Positions 8,951-17,232 of a DNA stretch of 56,176 nt are shown piece by piece. How positions within the stretch are numbered: the first letter of the stretch is position 1; each line of letters opens with the position of its first letter. The position numbers and the translations under genes are program-made. The notes beneath the pieces are model-generated. The model was not told the DNA's origin, made no database searches, and worked only from the letters and a program-made list of their open reading frames with translations. The stretch comes from Candidatus Nomurabacteria bacterium (lineage in GTDB: Bacteria > Patescibacteriota > Minisyncoccia > Phycocordibacterales > UBA9973). The stretch lies in assembly GCA_027347985.1 (NCBI GenBank), contig DAIEQH010000001.1:1-56176 (forward strand), written 5' to 3'.

Positions 8951-9454
8951 TTGCGAGAAAGAATAAACAACCAAATAAGAGTGCGTGAACTTCGTGTTAT
9001 AGATAGTGAAGGTCAAAATCTCGGTGTTTTAAGTATAAAAGAGGCATTAGAACTAGCCCAAAGTAAGGGTTTAGATCTGATTGAAATATCTCCAAATGCT
9101 ATTCCACCCATCGCTAAGATAATGGATTTTGGTAAATATCAATATGAAGTAAATAAAAAATTGAAGAAAGCAAAGGCTGGTTCTAAACCCACAGAAACGA
9201 AGTCTATTCAAATAAAAATAGGCACTGGAGACCACGACTTAGAACTGAAAGCGAAAACTGCTTCAAAATGGTTAAAGGAAGGACATAGAATCAAAGTTGA
9301 ACTTTTCCTTGCCGGACGTACAAAATATATGGATGAAAAATTCTTGAAAGAGAGATTGGATAGAGTGCTTCATTTAATTACAGAAGATTATAAAATATCT
9401 GATGCATATAAAAGAGGCCCAAAAGGTTTAATCACCACCATCGAGAAAAAATAA
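8951..9454 (+). CDS. infC: Translation initiation factor IF-3
   Basis: INNQIRVRELRVIDSEGQNLGV and the IF-3 C-domain. The only in-frame start after the upstream TAA (8939-8941) is the TTG at 8951. Confidence 0.9.
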   Translation: MRERINNQIRVRELRVIDSEGQNLGVLSIKEALELAQSKGLDLIEISPNAIPPIAKIMDFGKYQYEVNKKLKKAKAGSKPTETKSIQIKIGTGDHDLELKAKTASKWLKEGHRIKVELFLAGRTKYMDEKFLKERLDRVLHLITEDYKISDAYKRGPKGLITTIEKK

Positions 9455-9482
9455 TTTAAAAACTTATAAAAGATACAAATAT

Positions 9483-9677
9483 ATGAAGGGCATGAAAACA
9501 AACAAATCATATTCAAAAAGATTAAAACTTACCAAAAATGGAAAGGTCCTTTCTCGTAAACCAGGATTCAACCATTTTAATGCTAAACAATCTCGCACAA
9601 CTCAATTGTCTGGAAAGAAAGGTCAAAGTTTTCTTATAAAGAATAAGCCAAAGAGCCACTTATTACCATTTAGTTAA
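9483..9677 (+). CDS. rpmI: 50S ribosomal protein L35
   Basis: MKGMKTNKSYSKRLKLTKNGKV matches the L35 N-terminus. Position fits the infC-rpmI-rplT operon. Confidence 0.9.
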   Translation: MKGMKTNKSYSKRLKLTKNGKVLSRKPGFNHFNAKQSRTTQLSGKKGQSFLIKNKPKSHLLPFS

Positions 9678-9684
9678 ATTATTT

Positions 9685-10029
9685 ATGACAAGAGTAAAAA
9701 AAGGAGTACATGCATTAAAAAGAAGAAGAAGCGTTTTAAAACAAACGAAAGGTTTTAGACATGGACGAAGCACAAAAGAACGTCAGGCAAAAGAGGCATT
9801 GCTACATTCTGGTAACTATTCTTTCGCTCACAGAAAAGATAAAAAGTCACACAATAGAAAACTCTGGAATATCAAAATCAACGCCGGAGCTCGAGAACTC
9901 GGAATGTCTTATTCAAAATTAATCGGTGCGCTCAAAGCTAAAAATATATTACTTGATAGAAAAATCTTATCCGACCTCGCAGAAAACAATCCTACCGTCT
10001 TCGCTAGAGTTTTAGAAAATATAAAATAA
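9685..10029 (+). CDS. rplT: 50S ribosomal protein L20
   Basis: MTRVKKGVHALKRRRSVLKQTKGFRHGRS. Confidence 0.93.
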   Translation: MTRVKKGVHALKRRRSVLKQTKGFRHGRSTKERQAKEALLHSGNYSFAHRKDKKSHNRKLWNIKINAGARELGMSYSKLIGALKAKNILLDRKILSDLAENNPTVFARVLENIK

Positions 10030-10037
10030 ATCTCAAT

Positions 10038-10066
10038 AAAAAAATCCCCCAACGGGGGATTTTTTT
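10038..10066. terminator. Bidirectional rho-independent terminator between the convergent rplT and LOG-like genes
   Basis: aaaaaaatccccc-aac-gggggattttttt, with A and T runs on both sides. It overlaps the stop codon of the minus-strand gene. Confidence 0.8.
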
Positions 10067-10661
10067 ATTTATGTTCATCTATTTTAGATTTTTTGACGAG
10101 AACAATTATATCTGCCACTAATTTTTTTATATCTTTACCGTAAATGATTTTATCATTGGGACGATGACCTTTAGCCACTATATCTTTCAACTCTTCACTT
10201 GTTTGCCAAGGTCCTTCTAAAACACCCATTGGTTTACCATCTTCGAAAGCAACAGTAAATTCGTGAATCGTACCGATTCTTCCAGGACCAAATATCACAG
10301 CATCAGAAGAACGAGTGAGCAAAAGATCTCGCCCTGGATAACCAAAACCGGTATAAGTGATTAAATCCATATAATCTATAGGCAATTTATAAACTTCTAC
10401 ATGCTCTTTTTCAGAGGCTGCAGGAGAAAAACCAATAGAAATGCCTCCTTCTTCTTTAGCTCCCATGGCCACCCAAAATGGGAAACCCGTAGTCGCTCCA
10501 GTGACCAAGACAGCTCCCTGACGAGCTATTTCTCTCCCCAATTCTTTTGCTATGTCTAACGTACCTAAACCAAAAGGAGCGGTATCAGCCGATCCAGAAA
10601 CACATATTTTTATTTGATCATGTCCATGTTTATTGTAAGGACTTAATGAATTATCTTGCAT
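10065..10661 (-). CDS. LOG/SLOG-fold (TIGR00725-like) Rossmann protein
   Basis: ICVSGSA, VTGATTGFPFW and AVIFGPGRIGTIHEF, a pattern typical of the lysine-decarboxylase-like/LOG family. Confidence 0.65.
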   Translation of the reverse strand: MQDNSLSPYNKHGHDQIKICVSGSADTAPFGLGTLDIAKELGREIARQGAVLVTGATTGFPFWVAMGAKEEGGISIGFSPAASEKEHVEVYKLPIDYMDLITYTGFGYPGRDLLLTRSSDAVIFGPGRIGTIHEFTVAFEDGKPMGVLEGPWQTSEELKDIVAKGHRPNDKIIYGKDIKKLVADIIVLVKKSKIDEHK

Positions 10662-10693
10662 GCTTTCAATTATACTATACTTTCTTCATTTAT

Positions 10694-10809
10694 AAAAATA
10701 AAAGAAAAAACTTTTTAAGGGGTTTGGCGAGCGACGGCGAGCCAACTTCAGGACTTTTTTAAGCTTCAAAAAATCCGTACCGACAAAAAGTTTGTTTCTT
10801 TTGTTTTTA
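10694..10809. repeat. About 110-nt MITE-like intergenic element, copy A
   Basis: Near-identical by eye (a few mismatches) to the reverse complement of 39068-39177. It contains the direct repeat GGCGAGC-gac-GGCGAGC, an A/T hairpin around AAGCTT, and A/T-rich terminal inverted repeats. Confidence 0.8.
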
Positions 10810-10816
10810 TAAATAC

Positions 10817-12181
10817 TTACAAAGTAATTACAACACTATCCCCTTTTTCTGGAGCAGAAGCATCAATTCCTAAATTGTCTCGAAGCCTTTGAACTAAAAA
10901 CATAGCTGACTTCGGCTCACCCATGACTACAAAAACTTTTTTGACTTTATCTTGCATATCTTCCACAAAATGAAAAAGGCCGTCTCCATCTTTATGTCCT
11001 GAATATCCTAGAATTTTTTCAACATGTGCTCGTACATTCACTTCCTCTCCAGAAATTTTTACTTTTTTTACTCCTTCTTCTATCAAACGCCCTAATGTAC
11101 CGGTAGACTGATAACCTGTAAGCAATATCGTATTGTTAGGATCAGGTAAATAATGTTTCTCGTGATGAACTATGCGCCCACCTGAAGACATTCCCGACCC
11201 CGCAATGACTATTTTAGGGTTAGGAGCATCATTAATCAACCTAGACTCTTCTGATTTCAGAGTAGAATGTAATCCAGGAAAATCAAATAGATATTTCTCA
11301 TGAGACATCGCTTTTTGTGCTTCTTCATTAAAATAACTTCTAAACTGTTTAAAAACTTCGGTTAAACGAATGGCGAGAGGAGAATCAAAAAATATAGGCA
11401 TCACTGGTATACGATTGTTTCCAACCAATTCATTAAGTTCAAACAGAAGTTCTTGAGAACGTTCAAGAGAAAAGGTTGGGATGATGAGTGTCCCCTTTCT
11501 TTTATAGTTGTCTTCAATAACTTTTTCCAATAGGCTTCTCCTGTCATTTCTAGATTCATGATTTCTATCTCCATAAACTGACTCCATTATTAAATAATCC
11601 GCATCTGTTATTTTTTCAGTATTTGGTAATAAAGGAGACGGAGAGTTCCCTAAATCTCCAGTAAAAAGAACCTTTTTACCATTATAAATAAACTCAACCA
11701 TAGCTGACCCTAAAATATGCCCAGCATCTTTAAAAGATACTTCCAAATTTGGAGTTATTTGTATTTTTTCGTGATAATCAAAGGTCATCCATTGTGTAAA
11801 TGCTTTACTTATATTTTCTTCAGAATATACCTTCCCTAAATTAAATTGTTTATTCTTCGACAAAATACCAGCCGTGTCTTCCAACATTGGCAATGTGAGT
11901 GCACGAGTAGGTTTCGTAGAATAAATCACCCCCTTGAAACCTTCATCAATTAATTTTGGGATTTTGCCGATATGGTCTATGTGTGAGTGAGTAATAAAAA
12001 GAATATCTATTGTTTTTGGGTCATAAGAAAAAGGCATCCAATTCACATCGTCTGCTATTTCAAAACCTTGGGTGAGTCCACAGTCAATCAATATTTTTTT
12101 GTTATCAATCTCAAAAAGAAAATTTGCTCCTGTGACACTTCCTGCTCCTGCACAAAATGTTATTTTAGCGATACTTGGCAT
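10817..12181 (-). CDS. MBL-fold beta-CASP RNA-processing hydrolase (RNase J/CPSF-like)
   Basis: HSHIDHIG metal motif, the beta-CASP segment GTLIIPTFSLERSQELL, and a C-terminal YSGHKD. Confidence 0.8.
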   Translation of the reverse strand: MPSIAKITFCAGAGSVTGANFLFEIDNKKILIDCGLTQGFEIADDVNWMPFSYDPKTIDILFITHSHIDHIGKIPKLIDEGFKGVIYSTKPTRALTLPMLEDTAGILSKNKQFNLGKVYSEENISKAFTQWMTFDYHEKIQITPNLEVSFKDAGHILGSAMVEFIYNGKKVLFTGDLGNSPSPLLPNTEKITDADYLIMESVYGDRNHESRNDRRSLLEKVIEDNYKRKGTLIIPTFSLERSQELLFELNELVGNNRIPVMPIFFDSPLAIRLTEVFKQFRSYFNEEAQKAMSHEKYLFDFPGLHSTLKSEESRLINDAPNPKIVIAGSGMSSGGRIVHHEKHYLPDPNNTILLTGYQSTGTLGRLIEEGVKKVKISGEEVNVRAHVEKILGYSGHKDGDGLFHFVEDMQDKVKKVFVVMGEPKSAMFLVQRLRDNLGIDASAPEKGDSVVITL

Positions 12182-12211
12182 TTATCTATTGTACCTTGTA
12201 GTGAAACTTTT

Positions 12212-12625
12212 TCAAAGTTCCATTACGGGGCGTACCATATTTTCTGAAATAAGGACAATTCTTTTTGCAAAATAAAAAAAAGCAAACAAACCCCCAGATA
12301 AATCAAAACAAATATCTGAAAGAGTATCCAGTGTATTAAAAAGGTCCCCTGTAATAACTCGGTCAATTATAATTTCAAATATTTCCCAACTTAAACCTAC
12401 AAATAGTACGATCAAAAATACTTTCAAAACTGCCTTGAAAGAAAAATTTTTAGAAGGAAAAAAGTAAAGGGAGGCAAGCCCAAGCCAAAATCCTCCCAAG
12501 AAATGCATCGGCATATCAAAATACCAAATAGATGAGTACCAGTAAAATTTCATCGCCAAATAATTTAACAAAAAAATAAAAAAGATGAGAAAAATTAAAC
12601 GTATCAAAAATTTTTTCTTGTCCAT
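12212..12625 (-). CDS. Small polytopic membrane protein (unknown family)
   Basis: 137 aa with about four hydrophobic segments. No diagnostic motif. Confidence 0.45.
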   Translation of the reverse strand: MDKKKFLIRLIFLIFFIFLLNYLAMKFYWYSSIWYFDMPMHFLGGFWLGLASLYFFPSKNFSFKAVLKVFLIVLFVGLSWEIFEIIIDRVITGDLFNTLDTLSDICFDLSGGLFAFFYFAKRIVLISENMVRPVMEL

Positions 12626-12876
12626 AAGAATATTATATGCTTTTTAAAAGAAAAAATCCCTCAGACTGAGGCCAGAGAGGATTTTTCTTAGGATTATTTC
12701 CAATGTATTACCATAGCTTATAGCTAAGTGGGTACTAGACACATAAGGCCAAGGCCTTGCATGATCGAAGCTCCCATAAAATATTGTTCTAGGTAATAAT
12801 TGGAAATAACCCTATAATCAGTCTATGCCTTTTAAAAAAGTTAGCAACTAGACGAGGTTATTTTTTTGTTTTTGAA

Positions 12877-13461
12877 TTAATCTTCTTCTCCAAAGCGCTT
12901 ATATTTATAGATTTCTGCACTACCAAACCAATGTTTGATCTCGTGTTCTGCTTCTTCAGGTGTTTCTGAACAATGAACTATATTCATAACCGCTCTTTTT
13001 TCTTTATTAGCAAGCGCAGGAGAATCTATTGAAAAATCTCCGCGGATTGTTCCCATTTCTGCTTTGTAAGGCATTGTATCTCCTGCAATTTTTCGAACAA
13101 CATCTACAGCATGTACTCCTTGTACAATCATTTTAACTAGAGGAGCACTTAACATATAATCCACTAACCATTTTCTTATACTTGGACCAATTTTGGCAGG
13201 CTCTGTGGTCCCAAAGTCTGTCAATGCGTCAAAACCATACTTTTCATAAGTGTTCATGGTTTTTTGCCCAAGCCTAGTAATCCACTCTTCGTTCTTTGGA
13301 TAGTGATTGTCCATCTTATCAAAGGTGGGCTGAAACATCTCTAATGCTACGATCTTTAAATCGCGTTGTTCAAAACGTTTAATAATCTCTCCGATAAGGC
13401 CTTTTTTGACCCCATCTGGCTTTATCATTACATATGTCTGTTCTTCTTTTGGATGTTTCAT
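12877..13461 (-). CDS. ndk: Nucleoside-diphosphate kinase (long form with an internal insertion)
   Basis: YVMIKPDGVKKGLIGEIIKRFE, GTIRGDF, and the active-site His in NIVHCSE. At 194 aa it is longer than the usual 140-150 aa. Confidence 0.8.
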   Translation of the reverse strand: MKHPKEEQTYVMIKPDGVKKGLIGEIIKRFEQRDLKIVALEMFQPTFDKMDNHYPKNEEWITRLGQKTMNTYEKYGFDALTDFGTTEPAKIGPSIRKWLVDYMLSAPLVKMIVQGVHAVDVVRKIAGDTMPYKAEMGTIRGDFSIDSPALANKEKRAVMNIVHCSETPEEAEHEIKHWFGSAEIYKYKRFGEED

Positions 13462-13533
13462 AAAACTAATTAAAAAATAAAATTATAATAAATCTATCCT
13501 AGCAGATTTTTGCAAAAAATTCAAACCTATTTT

Positions 13534-16281
13534 TTATTGCATCGTAGAATACCTTGCCATGATTTCTTTCTCCACTTCTTCTCTATCGCGTCCGTATTTC
13601 ATATAAGAAAGTTGTTTTAGATTATCTACAATTTCCGGATTACCATTTTCCGGTGGCAAAGTTTTTATATTGAAAGGTTTCGTCGGCTGGCCGTGCACAA
13701 GCATACTCATATAGGCATTGTAATTATCAAGTTTGGTAATATCTTGGGCACTAAAGATTGGTTTAAATTTTGGCTCAAGAAAAGTCGCATCATCTGTCCC
13801 CACACGAAAGACAGCCATGGAGCCGACGTTACCAAAAACTGCATTTTTTATATTTTCTTCAAGTTGTGTGATATATTGGTGAGCAATGTTTAAAGATAAT
13901 CTGTATTTACGAGCTTCAGATAAAATAGAAGCAATAGAATCAGTCGTCACATTTTGAAATTCATCTATGTAAAGATAAAAATCATTCATCGGCTTACCAA
14001 ACATGTCTACTCTTGAGAGTGCAGCCATTTGAATCTTGCCGACAAGCACGAGACCAATCAAATTTGCATTGATATCTCCAAGTCGTCCTTTAGAAAGATT
14101 GACTAAAAGTATTTTCTTCTCATCCATTATTTTTCTAAAGTTGAAAACTGAGTTTTGTTGAAGTACGACTGGACGCATTATGTCATTTGAAATAAAATTA
14201 TCAAATTTAGAAGAAATATATGGCACAAAGTTCGCTAGCGATTGATCTCCCGTTGTCTGTTCGGCAGAAACCCAAAATTGTTTGATGATTGGGTTCTTGC
14301 ATTTAGCAATTTTCATATCTCGGAATTCTTTATCCGCTAAAACTCTGGTAATTTCAAGCAAGGTTGAGCCTGATTCCGGGTCTTCCATCACAAGAAAGGC
14401 ACTATTTCTAAAATATTGTTCGAACATTGCTCCGCCTCCGACTTTCATATCAAAAAGTTTATTAAATATGCCCATCATTTCATTAACTACGAAAGTCTTC
14501 TGTTCTGGATATTTTGGGTCATACTCTAGCATGTTAAGCCCCATCGGTCGCATAGTATAAGCTGGGTCAAAATAAATGACATCATCAATACGTTCTTTCG
14601 GAATACGAGAAAGAATAGTTTGAATATCTGTGCCGTGTGGGTCTATATAACAACAGCCATCGCCATTTTTTATATCTTGAGTAATCATATTGAGCATAAT
14701 ATTTGTTTTACCTGTACCCGTCTGACCTATAACATAGAAATGCCTCATTCTGTCTTCTCGTGACAAATGAACTATAGTGTCTTTGCCTCTGTAACTATTC
14801 ACCCCTAAAACAATTCCTTCTTGTCCCATTTCAAGAGGAGCCGGAGCGATGCCAGCTTTTGCTTCTTTCAATTGAGGTTGACTACCGATACCGACTGGGA
14901 AATGAAAAACAGAAGAGAGTTCTTTTAGATTCATCGGCAAAATTTTGTCACTAGAAAATGTACGATAAGAAAAATCATGAAAAAGTTTTCTTAAATCATT
15001 GCCTTTCAATTTTTCAAAAACAAAAGAGTTGCTAGCTGGCTCAGTAAATTGATTGAAGGATGATTCTATCTCTTTTAATATCCCCTCTGCCCTTTCACTC
15101 TCCTCTGCAGAAGTGATGATACGAATATTGGCTTTCATAATGGTGCTTTTCATTTTATTAGCTATTTTTTCTGCTGCTCCTTCGTCCACAGCACGCCTCC
15201 CGGGCATATGTTTGTTTTCACCTTCTTCTTTCTTCTTAGATCCACCTGTAAATGTATCTACCAACTCTCTCCTAAACTTATAAAAACCATCATCAGCATA
15301 TTTGATAGACATTCCTTTTTTGACATCATGCAAAATCGCACTGAATTGATTGATAAATTTCTCTCCAGCAGGCGCCACTACGAGTTGTATAGCTGCTCCT
15401 TCGCCTTGCGTCTTTAATTTTGAAAAAACATTCAAAATAATATTCATTGGGTCGTGATCTATCTGGTCATAAGTCTTTATCGGAAGTACAGAACGTTCCG
15501 TAAAGCTCGCATAAGCACCCGCCGAACCACCACGCTCATTAAAAATATTGTAATCATCTGACACTTCGTGGACTTTCGCATCATGATAAAAAGAAAGCAC
15601 TTGTTTTTCAAAAAGAGAAAGATGTTTGTTTGGTACCCCAGCAAACACGACAACTTGATCGGATGCATTACTGAGCGCCACTTCTAGAGTGAAATAATTT
15701 TCTTTTTCATTATTCTTTCCTTCAGAGATAGATTGCATGCCAGCATAAAATTGCTCCATCGCACCGATAAAATCCTTAAAACCTTTTTGCTTATCTGCTT
15801 CTTCTCTAGGAGGAGGAAGAGTAATTTCAAAAAGAGTCATGTTTAATGATTTATAAAGAGGAGTACCTGTTTTTATATCAAACAACTTTCCACCTTTTAA
15901 GTACTGAATGAGTATTCGATGAAAATCGTCATCTATATGTGGACTATTCATTTTTTCTACGACAGCCAGAGCGTTGCGTACTCCTTTAGTGATGACGATT
16001 CCTAAAAGTTCCTCCATTATATTGTCGTGTGATTCTGGTTTTAATGCGAGAACGATACTTTCTACTTCTTTATTTTTTATAACATTGTCTTTATGTATAA
16101 CTTCTTCAATCGGTTTTTCTTTGTAAGCATTGACAACTTCTTTAACTGCTTTTTCATTTGCATCTTCATGGCCTCTATCAATGAGTTCTTGTTCTTTTCT
16201 TGCAACATGTGCACGCAAATAGTTCAACTCTTCTTCTGGAGTTTTAAATTTTGGAGCTTCATTTAAAAATGCTTCCGCCAT
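13534..16281 (-). CDS. TraD/VirD4/TrwB-type coupling-protein-like NTPase fused to a large N-terminal module (ATPase 1)
   Basis: 915 aa. The C-terminal half has Walker A GQTGTGKT, YIDPHG, Walker B FYLYIDEFQN and EARKYRLSLNIAHQY. The N-terminal ~480 aa include a module homologous to ORF 52235-53530. No TM segment is apparent. Confidence 0.75.
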   Translation of the reverse strand: MAEAFLNEAPKFKTPEEELNYLRAHVARKEQELIDRGHEDANEKAVKEVVNAYKEKPIEEVIHKDNVIKNKEVESIVLALKPESHDNIMEELLGIVITKGVRNALAVVEKMNSPHIDDDFHRILIQYLKGGKLFDIKTGTPLYKSLNMTLFEITLPPPREEADKQKGFKDFIGAMEQFYAGMQSISEGKNNEKENYFTLEVALSNASDQVVVFAGVPNKHLSLFEKQVLSFYHDAKVHEVSDDYNIFNERGGSAGAYASFTERSVLPIKTYDQIDHDPMNIILNVFSKLKTQGEGAAIQLVVAPAGEKFINQFSAILHDVKKGMSIKYADDGFYKFRRELVDTFTGGSKKKEEGENKHMPGRRAVDEGAAEKIANKMKSTIMKANIRIITSAEESERAEGILKEIESSFNQFTEPASNSFVFEKLKGNDLRKLFHDFSYRTFSSDKILPMNLKELSSVFHFPVGIGSQPQLKEAKAGIAPAPLEMGQEGIVLGVNSYRGKDTIVHLSREDRMRHFYVIGQTGTGKTNIMLNMITQDIKNGDGCCYIDPHGTDIQTILSRIPKERIDDVIYFDPAYTMRPMGLNMLEYDPKYPEQKTFVVNEMMGIFNKLFDMKVGGGAMFEQYFRNSAFLVMEDPESGSTLLEITRVLADKEFRDMKIAKCKNPIIKQFWVSAEQTTGDQSLANFVPYISSKFDNFISNDIMRPVVLQQNSVFNFRKIMDEKKILLVNLSKGRLGDINANLIGLVLVGKIQMAALSRVDMFGKPMNDFYLYIDEFQNVTTDSIASILSEARKYRLSLNIAHQYITQLEENIKNAVFGNVGSMAVFRVGTDDATFLEPKFKPIFSAQDITKLDNYNAYMSMLVHGQPTKPFNIKTLPPENGNPEIVDNLKQLSYMKYGRDREEVEKEIMARYSTMQ

Positions 16282-16300
16282 GATTTAATTATATCACAAA

Positions 16301-16395
16301 TAGGCACTAGGCTTTAGGCACTAGGCGCTAGCTTTTTAAAAAGTAAATAAAAAAATAATTAGCTAGTTGCCTAAAGCCTAACGCCTAGAGCCTAG
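16301..16395. repeat. Inverted arrays of TAGGCNN heptamers (site 1)
   Basis: The left arm is taggcac-taggctt-taggcac-taggcgc-tagc. The right arm is ttgccta-aagccta-acgccta-gagccta-g. A 28-nt A/T spacer separates them. The right arm overlaps the last codons and stop of map. Confidence 0.85.
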
Positions 16396-17155
16396 TTAGT
16401 ATTTCTGGCTCACCGTCGGTAATTAAAATAGTATGTTCAAAATGTGCGCTTTTTTTGCCATCAGCAGTACGAAAAGTATATCCATCTTTATCCAAGACAA
16501 CATTTTTCGTCCCATTGTTGAGCATCGGTTCTATTGCTATGACCATACCTCTCACAAGCTTTGCCCCTGTGTTTGCTTTTCCGAAATTTGGTACGTAAGG
16601 GTCTTCATGAATAGCTTTTCCGACACCATGCCCAGAAAGAACTTCCACAATACCGTATCTGTGGGGTCGCACAAAATGCTCTATGGCAGAGCCGATATCC
16701 CCAATCCTATTTCCTCCCATAGCAGCGTTGATACCCACATCTAGGGCCTGTTCTGTCGTTCTAATGAGCTTTGCCGAGGCAGCACTTACTTCTCCGACGG
16801 GTACAGTGAGGGCCATGTCGGTAAAAAGGCCATTATGTTTGAGTCCTAAATCAATGGAAACAATATCCCCTTCTTTCAAAATTCTGTCGGCACTCGGTAT
16901 TCCATGAACCACTTCATTATTTACAGAAACACAAAGAGAAGCTGGATAAGCAAAATCTGCACCTTCTGGTTTGTAATTTAAAAAAGCTGGTTCGTCATCC
17001 ATATCTTTTATCAATTTAAAAGCATAACTATCTAAATCTTTTGTGGAAATGCCGGGCTTCACTATTTCTTTCACTTTGTACAAAACAGTAGCGAGCCTTT
17101 TCCCGCCTTCTCGTAATATTTCTATTTCTTTTGGTGTTTTAATTATTATTGCCAT
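16385..17155 (-). CDS. map: Type I methionine aminopeptidase
   Basis: VVHGIP, DIVSIDLG, GHGVG and the FEHT metal ligands. Confidence 0.93.
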   Translation of the reverse strand: MAIIIKTPKEIEILREGGKRLATVLYKVKEIVKPGISTKDLDSYAFKLIKDMDDEPAFLNYKPEGADFAYPASLCVSVNNEVVHGIPSADRILKEGDIVSIDLGLKHNGLFTDMALTVPVGEVSAASAKLIRTTEQALDVGINAAMGGNRIGDIGSAIEHFVRPHRYGIVEVLSGHGVGKAIHEDPYVPNFGKANTGAKLVRGMVIAIEPMLNNGTKNVVLDKDGYTFRTADGKKSAHFEHTILITDGEPEILTRL

Positions 17156-17232
17156 CCCGATACTAAAATTTTATTAATAATATTTATCTTTATGCCACGT
17201 ACTCAAAAATTTAGTACGGGACAGGTATATTT

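Noticed and set aside
12691-12813. The ~120-nt helix-closed element as SRP (4.5S) RNA or 5S rRNA.
   Set aside because: Neither strand shows the SRP domain IV motifs (GNRA-capped helix with the AGCA / GGAA loops). Neither shows the 5S loop signatures (CCGAAC, GAGAGTAGG). The closing helix is too long for 5S.
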